Assembly: GCF_016432865.1 (NCBI RefSeq)
Contig: NC_067398.1
Span: 397,110,001-397,174,000, forward strand
Source: Antechinus flavipes
Lineage: Eukaryota
Reading direction: 5' to 3'
DNA length: 64,000 nt
Shown here: in pieces, positions 27,813 to 37,696 of the stretch
How positions within the stretch are numbered: position 1 is the first letter of the stretch
Layout of the letters: every line of letters begins with the position of its first letter
The notes under the pieces: generated by a model
The model's input: the letters and a program-made list of their open reading frames with translations, nothing else
What the model was told of the DNA's origin: nothing
Databases searched by the model: none
Made by a program: the position numbers and the translations under genes

Positions 27813-27963
27813 CTTTTCTTTTTCTTTTTTTTTTTTGTCTAAGGTTAAGTGATTTACCCAGGGTCAAACAGGTAGGCTGGGTTAAGTGTCTGAGGCAAAT
27901 TTGAACTCAGGGCCTTCTGAATTCAGGGTTGGTCCTCTATTCACTGTGCCACCTAGCTGCCCC
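27813..27963 (-). mobile_element. WSINE1-type SINE with TSD
   Basis: Poly-T, body, ...cactgtgccacctagctgccc; flanks tttgacatatattt / tttgatatatattt. Confidence 0.85.
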
Positions 27964-28084
27964 TTTGATATATATTTTAAAGAAATTACAACAAATACAA
28001 AGCTTGACTTCAAACAGCTGATGATATCAAATTATGTGCAATCCTTTCTTAGTAGTGAATACATGGAAGGAAGAGCAGTCATTG

Positions 28085-28320
28085 GCTTTGGTAGGGTACA
28101 CCAGGTGTTGAACTCAGTCAGGAAGATCTATTTAAATCCTTCTTCAGCCATATACTAGCTGGTGACCCACGCAAGCTCTCTTTGTCTCAGTTTCCTAAAA
28201 TCTAAGATAGGAATAAAAACAGTATGTACTTCACAGGGGAACCTAAGGTACTAAGGAAACTATGAAATAACATATAAAGCAAAATGTTAAAGCACTATAT
28301 AAATGTAAGTTATTGATATC
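28085..28320 (+). mobile_element. MIR SINE
   Basis: gttgaactcagtcaggaagatc...tcagtttcc...aaagcactatataaatgtaagttatt. Confidence 0.7.
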
Positions 28321-28739
28321 TGGTAATAATGTTATTAGGAGTTCACATTTGTATAACACTATTATAATAAATTGTTAATAATAACAATAGCTAGTATTTA
28401 TATAGTGCTTTAAGGTTTGCAAAGGGCTTTTACAAATATTATTTCATTTTACACAATGGGAACTGGGATGAGAAACAAACCACCAAATTTCCTAGGTGGG
28501 ACATTCAGAAATCTCTATTTGGCTATTCTCACATCAAAGTGATGAAATATTTACATTTTTAATACTTCAAATTTCCTCATGCCATTATTGTATAAATCAA
28601 ATATTATTCCAACAAAATAGTTTGTGTGATTGGGGTAAAAAATTTTAAAGCTGAGATAATAGAGCACTTATTTCAAGAAAAAAAATGATACAATAAACTA
28701 ATACAAAAAATTAAGGATTAATTAAGGATACAAAATTTT

Positions 28740-28905
28740 TTTGTATCATGGTTCTCTTTAGCAGTCCCATGAAGAATGGTCCTTGGACAGAATAATGTTT
28801 TTACATGCATAAAATAAAATGTATAGGATGACCAAAAATCCAATTACATACATTTGTCAGAATATTTAAGAACAAGTTCACAGAATCCCAATTAAGAACA
28901 CCTCC
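28740..28905. mobile_element. hAT/Charlie-type MITE (same family at ~18710-18800, 30225-30390, 32860-33050, 62690-62860)
   Basis: Shared core gcataaaataaaat..ataggattacaaa and gttaagaacccct-like termini. Confidence 0.65.
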
Positions 28906-29549
28906 CTTAAAATATGTTCTGGTGGGTTTTGACCTGTATTAAAACACAGCCACTTCATTAGAGAAAATTAAGTTATTATTTTTTTTTTTAGTTATTTAAG
29001 CAGGATTAACTTTCAATATAAATAAATTTTACTTTATATAATAATGAACCAGATGCAATAGGATTAATAACCAGTATAAAAGGTATAAAAATGAAGCACA
29101 CTGACATATTAATTTTTGAGACTTGAAGAGCGTTTTTATATAAGGCCATTTGTCTTTAGTGAAGGACAGTAAAATAAATTTTAATCAGAAGAGGTAAAAT
29201 GTGGAGAATATTTCCAATCCAACTAAATACCTACTGTGCTTGTTATTAAGAATAAGCCTTCAAGAAGCTTAGACTCTATTTTCCATACAACACTCATACC
29301 AATGGAAATAATGAAACATTTGAATATGTGACTTCTTAAAATATCGTTCAATGAAAATTAGCAGCTGTGAGCAGTTAAGCATAATTTGGCTTGAAAACAG
29401 GGGTACTGACTTAGATGACTTCTAAATGTTCTTTCTAATCTGGTGGGTTTGCTATAATTATTCCTAGATGATTTATGAACCAGAGATATATTCAGATACT
29501 CTGAATATATGTAAATTCTACTATATACATCACTGCCCGCCCCCCCCCC

Positions 29550-30150
29550 CCCAAACTCAATAAATTTCAGTGACTCCCTTTTGTCTCCCAGAGCAAATAT
29601 AAAATGCTCTGTTTGACATGGAGATACAAACACATACCCTCTCTGGTCTTTGTGTTCTTGATAACAGCCTTCCAAACAACATAAAATGGATGTCCCATAG
29701 ACATCTTGTACTCAACTTAACTCATTAACTTTCTTCCCAAATTCTCTGTACTGAATTACCCTTATTCTGCTAAGGGCACCAGGCTCACATTCTTCTTGTC
29801 ATCCCCAATTTCATGTTCTCATACACCCCACACCTCCAAATCTATGCCCAATCTTGTTGTTTCTACCTTTAATCACATCTTTTACATAATTTTCTTTTTC
29901 TCCACTCCTGGCCACCAACCATATTAAAGCCCTCATCATTTCTTTCCTGGCCTATTGAAATAGTTTAATTGATCTTCCTGCTTCAACTCTCTTTCCTCTT
30001 TAATCTATACTCCATTCAGATGCCAAAGTGATTTTCTAAAGAATAAATCGGTCCCCATCAGCTTCCTCCTTAATAAACTCTAGTGACACCATGTTACCAC
30101 CAGCATGAAATATAAACTCCTTTGTTTGGCACGGAAATCTCTTCACAACC
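29550..30150 (+). mobile_element. L2 fragments (rearranged)
   Basis: ctcaataaatttcagtgactccc...ggatgtcccatagacatc...gatgccaaagtgattttctaaag. Confidence 0.7.
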
Positions 30151-33100
30151 TCTCTAGTTTTTTTATATATTAGTCTGCTTTTATGTATTCTAGGGCTGGA
30201 ATGGATTTCAGAAGCCATCTAAATTAAAATTTCTTAACAGGACTCATGAACCTGTTGCTTTAAAATTTTAATTGTATTTGAATATAACTGACTTCCTTAG
30301 TAATCCTCTATTTTATGCATTTTAAGATAATATTCTGAGAAAAAATACAGACCAGAGGGCTCTATGACACACAAAAAGATTAAGAATCCCGATCCAATCC
30401 CAACATTCATTTAAAGATGAAGAAGCTGAAGCTCAGATGATTTTTCCCAAGCTCACACAGATAACAGGTAAATGTGTGATCCTAGAAAAGTCAATCTCAG
30501 TGAAAAATTATATATATGTGCATGTGTACATATTTTTACACATGTTGAGTCAGTTCACATTCTACTAAATATGTCACCTTTCCCCCTCCAACTCAATAAA
30601 TTTCAGTGATTCACCATTACTAGGTCAAGGCTAGTCAGTTCAATTTTCTAACTCGAGTAACCTTTTCTATTAAATAAGGAATGTTGAATGAAATCATTTG
30701 TATTGTCTCTTCCAATTCTAACAATTGGGGAGAAGGAAGGCTGTGTATGAACTAGTAAGCATATAAAATGGTGAAACTCAAATGGTATAATATGCAAAGT
30801 ACCCAGAATTGTAAAGTTCTATATAAAATAATAAGAAGTTAAAGTGAAGATAATGATAACAAAACCACCTCCTCATACTCTTGGCTTTATACTGTTAAAG
30901 TATGGATGAAAAAACCAATCCTAACTGTCCATCAATATGAATATTCAAATATTCAGCATCATAGTTTGCCAAAGCATTAATTTGACATTACAAAATGTCA
31001 ATTAGAAGGCATGGGGCTGATTCTATATGGAGCCAATTATATCTATGATATTATGACCACACTGGATTATTTTATATATATAATATATATTATATATTCT
31101 CCATAAGACTCTATAGATATATAATATTCTCCATAGGACTCTAGGATTGAGCATTATCTCATTTTATTGTTTCATACACAGGCAGAAAATTCCTATAAAT
31201 GTTAGAATTGGAAGGGACAATACAGCTGATCTAATTCAATATTTCTTATTTTAAAAGAAACGCGTTTTCGGAACTATCCATAGCTACATACCTAATTAAT
31301 GGCAGAGCCAAGATCTCGTCTCTTTCCCTCCTTATTAAATTTATTGCTGTAAAATAAACACTGCTTCTCTTCTTACAATTTATTCTCTTGTTTGATGCAT
31401 AAATCACTGTTTATTTTGCAATTCTTTAAAGGATGCTTATTTTATAATTTTAAAAAGAAAAATGAGGGCATTCTGAAGTTTTTCCTTAGGGAATCAATAT
31501 TTTTAAACCACAAGGAATTCTATTATAACAAGTTCTTTTTAATATAACTGTTATATGGACAGCAGTGTCACAGGTCAAATTATAAAACATAAAATATAAG
31601 CATTACACATAGTAAAAGCTTGATAGAATACAAATAATATGTAAATTACCACCTAAAACCAGAATTAGAGACTCCTACTTACATAAAAGTCAAGAAACCC
31701 TACCCATTTCGTCTTAACTATTTTCTGCACCTAGAGATTCAATAAAGAGGTCCACAAAAGAAGCATACTGTGACATCTTTAAAATTAGTTTATCTTAGAA
31801 GTCTCCAATGCCCAATTTTTGTTGGAATTTATATATTTTCTCATAACACTTAAAAAAATACTTTAAAATACAAGATAGACATTTTCTCACCACCAATAGT
31901 CAAGTTTTTTTTTTCCCTTTTGCAGATGCCTGTTTCAACTGAGGGGAAAAAAAAAACATTCAGGAATGAAGTATATTTAAGGAACTCTTCTTAATACAGA
32001 TTAGTCAAAGAACATTTATTCACTCAACCAATTAAGAATTGAAAACATAATTCCACCAAGATTATTACCTAATATCTGTTCAGGGCAAAAAAAGGAATTA
32101 ATTATGCCACAGAACAACAGACAGGCCCAATTCCTTTACTATATTCCAAGTTTCTTTTACATTCAGCCAATTAACACATTAAGAATGAAACATTAAATGA
32201 CAAAGCTTCCTGCAGTGTCCTCTAGTTCTTCCACAAACAAGCCTTAAATCAAGAATGCTTTCTTCACACTTAAGAACCTCAAGAGGTATAACTCAGAGAT
32301 GATAGAAATTGTTGTCTAGACAATATTAAAATGGAAAAAACAAAACACCAAAAAACACTGCACGAAAAGGGGGAAGAATTAAGTAGGGTGAAAATATCTT
32401 GTCTTCTACTTTCTCACCTAACTTAAATTAGTCTATACTTAGAATTACACTTCATTATTTTTAAAAAGTGCTTTTTAAATCAGAATTTAAGATCTTGAAT
32501 AGTAGTATCCTTGTTGAAAAACAATGGGAAATTTAAAGGGTAAGAAAAAAATAACTGTAAAATGTTATTCTGAGTCATAATTGGAAATATTTTACTTATG
32601 GTCCTTTTAGCAAGACATTGTCAGCTTTAAATTTATTATTTTAAAATCAGATCACTGACCAAAATTAACGTTCAAATAATTTTACCACTCTATTCCCCTT
32701 CCTCGCTCCACTCCCGAAAAAACCCAATAACGCTAACATATGGTCGTTCCAGATAAGCATTCACCACCTAAAAGGTCTTTTAAAAGGACTTTGATTATAA
32801 GTCTAGAAAAGCTTAATTAGTATACAGATTTCTGGAATCTACCAGAACTTAACTTAAAGCAGGAATTCTTAACCTTTTTGAGACATGGATCTCTTTGGCA
32901 CTCTGGAGAAGCTTGTGGAACCTCTTCTCAAAATAATATTTTTAAATGAGTAAAACAAAACATACAGGATTATAAAGGGAATCAATTATGTTGAAATACA
33001 ATGATGAAAATAGTTTTAAAAGCAGGTTTTACAATCCAGCCAAAGAATGCTTCTCTCTAGAGTTATCCTTAACTTCGAATCTATAAATGGGCCTGTGCCA

Positions 33101-33743
33101 GGAAGCTTTCCCCCATACCTAGAGAGTACGACGAAGTCGGTTTGTTTGTTACTAAACAAAACCGAAAAAAACTCTTAACAATAATGCTTTGTATTTCCTA
33201 GTGGTGTGTAGGATGTGAATATTAATGTCATTCCAGGTACACAGAACTTCATTAGTGACCTATCAGTCACATCACTTCAGAGAAGTGCGAGGCCCTCCAG
33301 CAGGGGGGGAACCGCCCCTCCTCCAACTCTCCTGGCTAAGGGGTCTCTAGATCATCCAAGCCGTTCCAGACTCCAGACCGGGGGAGGGGAGGAAGAGCGC
33401 TAGGCGAGAAGCCATGCCCTCCCTCCTTGCGGCCCCTCCTAGGTAGGCCTGGAGAAGCCCCTCCCGCCCCCTTCGAGTCGACTGCCCCGCACACCTCTTC
33501 CTCCCCGGGGTAGTCAGTGGCGGAACTGGGGAATCTGGGGCGTGAAATATCGCCACGCGGGGCACGTGAACACCCCCTGCGGGCGGTGCCTCTGCCCTGC
33601 GGGAGTCTCAGCAGGGCCTGTGTCCATTGCCCTCCTGGAAAATACCCTCAGTTGTCCTCCTAACTCTACTGGGATTGGTTGGGGGGGTCAAAGGAGAGGG
33701 GCGGGATAGGGGAACGGGAGTGGGGGTGGGGATGAATCAATAC

Positions 33744-33798
33744 CCGCAGGAGGGTGTCCAGCTCTAGTCTCTACTTTCTCGTCAGTGGGCGAAGACAT
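33744..33798 (-). CDS. DAP: DAP coding exon 1 (MSSPTDEKVETRAGHPPA-V, 55 nt, phase-1 donor)
   Basis: Minus strand reads cacaATGTCTTCGCCCACTGACGAGAAAGTAGAGACTAGAGCTGGACACCCTCCTGCGG|gtattg. Translation matches the vertebrate DAP N-terminus (human MSSPPEGKLETKAGHPPAV). A at -3 of the ATG; located in a CpG island. Too short for the supplied ORF track. Confidence 0.96.
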
Positions 33799-34109
33799 TG
33801 TGGACAGTGACTTGCTCTCTCCTTTTTAGTCTCGGTTCAATGGACGTGGGAGCTAGCGACCGGCAGCGCGCGCCCGTCGCTAGAAGAGCTCGAGCGCGTC
33901 GTCGCGTTGCAACAGCTGGAGCAGCCGCTGGCGGGCCAGGGAGGCACGCCCCCTCCCTTCCCCCGCCCCCACTACCGGGATGGGCGGGGCAGGGAAGGAC
34001 TTTGCCTCCCTCCCTCCCAGCGCGCCCTCCGGGCTTGTCAACGTGGCTTCTCCGTGGCCCGGGCACCCTCGAACCACCCACTGTCCGGCCTGGGCCTGGA
34101 CGTGCGCCG

Positions 34110-34117
34110 TGACGTCA
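34110..34117. promoter_or_regulatory. Full palindromic CRE (TGACGTCA)
   Basis: Exact CREB/ATF consensus ~310 bp upstream of the DAP ATG within the CpG island; function untested. Confidence 0.6.
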
Positions 34118-34177
34118 TAGCGTTCTAGAACTCCGGGTGTCACCCCGTTCTAAGGGCTCGGCTTGTGGCTCGCCACG

Positions 34178-34186
34178 TTCTAAGAA
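34178..34186. promoter_or_regulatory. GAS/STAT-type motif TTCTAAGAA
   Basis: Matches TTCnnnGAA in the promoter; motif match only. Confidence 0.35.
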
Positions 34187-35477
34187 CTCGTGGGGAAAAG
34201 GGGGGAAACCTTCCTTAGTTTTGCAAACCCAAAGTGAACCCAGGCGACTGAGCATGCCCGGCCCGGCCCGACTCGAGAGCCACGTAGCTGCGGTTTCTGT
34301 GCACAGCTTTCATTCATTTGAAGGCGGGGGAGGGTAGAGATGAAGCGAAAGGCCCGGGGTAGAGGAGCACTCGCTCAGGTGCTGTTTTGGGAGCTAAAAT
34401 TGGAAAGAACTCTGGGATGTGTGGGTGTGGCGCTGCCAGGATACTAGTCTACTAGTGTCTCCTAGACAACAAAAAGGTTCTCGAATGAGTTCATTTCTCA
34501 CCAACCCCTGGGTCTCTTTTTTGGCTCCTGAATCCCGAGGGTACCGTGAGCGGCGAAAAATTCAGTTGAGTTAAGAGTCTGTGTCAAATCCTGTGCTAAC
34601 CCCTAAGGATACAAAAAAGCTAAAGACAGTCACTGCTCTCTTGGCGCTTACAGTCTTAAGGAGACCTGGCGACCAAGTCTGTTATTTTTTCTTCCTGACA
34701 ATTCTGCAGGCAGCCTTGTATTTAAAAGAAAAGAGCAGTCCCAGTGGTGACTGACTGGGCTGGGGGAAAAGGACTAATTTGTAAGAAAATGGGAGATAAG
34801 TTGGGGGAGATAGCTGGTTTTGGAATTTCAAAAGTGAATACCTGTAGAACAGCTCTCTTTATACGCAAATAAAAACTGCAGCTGTGTAACCTGAGGCTCT
34901 GAGAAGTCTGAAATTTGTAATGCCACAGATTCCCTTACTCCTATTCATGTCAATTTTCACCCTCTTCCAGGCTCTTTTCAAATAAGATTCCTAGGTAGAA
35001 CTCTTTGCTCTGTCTCAGGATGCTACAAAAATCCTTAGAAGTACCCTTTGGAACTCTTACTGGCTGAAAATACGTCGTGTTTCTGGCTCTTCAGACTTTG
35101 GAACTTGCTATATTTTTTACTCTCGGGATTATCGTTAAGTGTGAGTTGAATTTTAAGAATCTGTGATTTCATTCCACTTTAAATTGTAGCTTAACCAAGC
35201 AGATTGCTTTGCCAGAGAATTAATGAATTTCCTATGGTCAAAATATATTCATCACCCAAAGACCAAACTAATGACAATAAGTCTTTGAAAATTGAGGCAG
35301 CTTGGTTCTTCCATCTGTCACGTCTTGATTATGTGGGATAATTTTAGAGCTTGTGTTCCAAGAGTGTATAAAGCCTTGGAGAACCCACCTTCATTCCCTT
35401 GGCACTAACATGAGGCACCCAAGGAGAAATATGGTAGAGGTGCAACATCTGTAGGCTTCACAAATACTTTCTTCTTA

Positions 35478-36720
35478 GGTAGATAAAGGATATGGAATAG
35501 CAGTTTTCAAAAGAGGAAATGCAGCCTTATGCCTACCATAAAAAGGTTTTAAGTAACTAATAAGAAAAATAAATTAAAACAACCCAGTCCACACCCTTGA
35601 GATAGCAAAGATGACAAAATACAATAAAAACTATTGCTAATTGGGAGTCTGGGCCCTTATGGAGAGACCGGCAAGTTAATAATACACTGTTTGAAAAACT
35701 GAATTTTAATCTTGTCATTCAAGAAAATAATTTAGAATTGTACAAAACTTTTGAATTAGCAATGTCACTACTAGATAAATATTCTAAGGAGGTCAAAGGC
35801 ACAGAGAAATCTATAAGAGAAAGATTTATTGCAGTCCTTTTTCCAAATGAAAACCTGAAAGGAAAACAGACTGGCTGAACAAACTGGTAAATGAATACAA
35901 TGGACCATATTATTATGCCATAAGAACTGGCCAATAAAAAGGATTTAGAGAAATTTGGGAAGACTAGTTTGCTCTATAATAGTGATGAGGTGTGAGAATG
36001 TAGCAGGTCTGAGAAAATAAAGGCTAGCCAGTCTTGGGGTGATACAACCAATACTGGCCAATCTGTTGGTCAAGTAAGCTGTAGAACTCAATAATGGGAA
36101 CTACCTCTCCACACATTGTACTCCTCAATTGTACTTATAAGCCCATATTAGCATATCAATTCTCTTTACTATAAAGAGATTTCTTCTTGATTCTGACCCT
36201 TTGCTAAAATTCTCTTGAAAATTAGCCCACTGTCAAGCAGGAAAATAAAAATCTTTTCTCCTTAACGTGGAGACACACTGAGTGTGGGAATTCTTTCTCT
36301 AAATCCATAATAGTGAACAAGGGGTACCCTAATCTTATTGGGGTGTCTTCCTTCTCAACAGTAGAAGAGAAAGAATTGAGACCACTTGCATCATGACCAT
36401 AAAAGAAAGGAAACCACCATTGAAAGAATATAGAATTCTAATCAATGCTGTTAACCATATAACTTGAAATGGCCTTCTTCTTGGTTTTGGACATAGCCAA
36501 TGTGGTAATTTGTTTTGCACACTGTGTATGCTTGACAAAGAGGTGACAGAAGATAGATACAGAGCAAACCATTTTTAGACAGGGTCAATCTGTTAGTTTG
36601 TTTTACTAGACTGCTCTCATTTATTACAAGGGAGGCTTCTGTGGTAGAAGGGGAAGAGGGCAATCATTAGGAAATGATAGTGATGTTAAAAAAAGAAAAG
36701 GAAATCAATAAAAAAAATCA
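35478..36720 (+). mobile_element. Old L1 3' portion interrupted by a solo LTR
   Basis: Degraded ORF2 end (aaggatatggaatagcagttttcaaaagaggaaat...aattaaaacaac) and 3' UTR (ttggacatagccaatgtggtaatttgttttgc). Confidence 0.65.
35999..36360 (+). mobile_element. Solo LTR A
   Basis: tgtag...caaca ends, tataa, aataaa at ~36244; 3' end aatcttattggggtgtcttccttctcaaca. No TSD found. Confidence 0.6.
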
Positions 36721-37259
36721 GTTTTTTTTTTAACTTGAAAAGAGATAATGAAGGTAAAGAAAAAGGGTGAAGAGGACATTCTATGAGAAGGGTTTTAAAG
36801 CCATGGAATATATTGTCCCAGAGAATATGGCCAGCTGGCATAATATACAATTGTTAGTTGTAGCACTTTTGGTTCATTGATTTTCTTTATAAATACCATA
36901 TGAACATCACCAAGGCTTTATTTCCTCTTTTGAAAACTGCTATTCCATATCCTTTATAACCACCTACCCAAGGGGAAAGTATTTGTGAAGCCTACAGATG
37001 TTGCACCTCTACCATATTTCTCCTTGGGTGCCTCATGTTAGTACCAAGGGAATGAAGGTGGGTTCTCCAAGGCTTTATACACTCTTGGAACACAAGCTCT
37101 TCTCATCCAGCCAACTAAAGATATCTCTTCTCTTTTGTATATGTAACTTTTATTTTATTTTTACTCTTATAAAAATATACAGTCAAGCAAAACAAATGAC
37201 CACATTGGTTTTATCCAAAAATGTATGTCACATCATGCAACTTGTATCTCTTATCTATC

Positions 37260-37696
37260 TGTTGGGAGCATAGCTCATGATTCATGTTTTGAAATTAATA
37301 GGGGTGCAGCTTCTAGGGGAAATGTGATAATCCTAAAATTAGGCCTTGGGAGTGCTACAGTTGTACAAACATTGCTGGCTGTCCGATAACAATGCGTTGG
37401 TCAATGAGGACAAAATTTCTGAGACAATAATGAAGTGCATACCAGACCACTCCTCAAATCTACCTGTAAGCTATAAAATTAGCCTATCAGTGACATGAAA
37501 CACCTGGTCTCTAACTTTTTCATATAAATTTATCTTTTTATTCCTGGTTCTTTGAGCCCACTGTAATTGGAGTTACAATTATAATAAACTTTGCCTCTTG
37601 ACTTGGAGATGGGTCCAAGCCTGCAAATTCTTTTGAGACACCTCAGGATGCTGGTGTGAAGCCCCAATCTTTTGGGGTGTCCTTTGAACTTCAACA
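37260..37696 (+). mobile_element. Solo LTR B
   Basis: tgttg...caaca inverted termini, tataaa ~37472, aataaa ~37584; 3' end aatcttttggggtgtcctttgaacttcaaca. Confidence 0.7.

Larger units (their letters stand above)
20991..33743 (-). other. DAP: DAP intron 1 (12,753 nt, GT-AG)
   Basis: Bounded by the exon 1 donor (gtattg) and the exon 2 acceptor (ttaag). Confidence 0.93.
33280..34560. promoter_or_regulatory. DAP: CpG island / DAP promoter and 5' UTR
   Basis: Abrupt GC- and CpG-rich block in an otherwise CpG-depleted, AT-rich window. GC boxes at 33961-33970 and 33982-33990; spans exon 1. Confidence 0.9.

Noticed and set aside
29551-30612. 25-bp direct repeat (caactcaataaatttcagtga) 1 kb apart
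   Set aside because: Both fall on the same conserved L2 motif; independent L2 fragments suffice.
33215-34337. Several 60-104 aa ORFs on both strands in the GC-rich block
   Set aside because: Expected from stop-codon depletion in a CpG island. The real coding part is the 55-nt DAP exon in a frame not listed.
36000-36660. Minus-strand translation contains IFLLDSG, resembling a retroviral protease motif
   Set aside because: The frame has several stops and the motif lies inside a TG...CA solo LTR; chance match.
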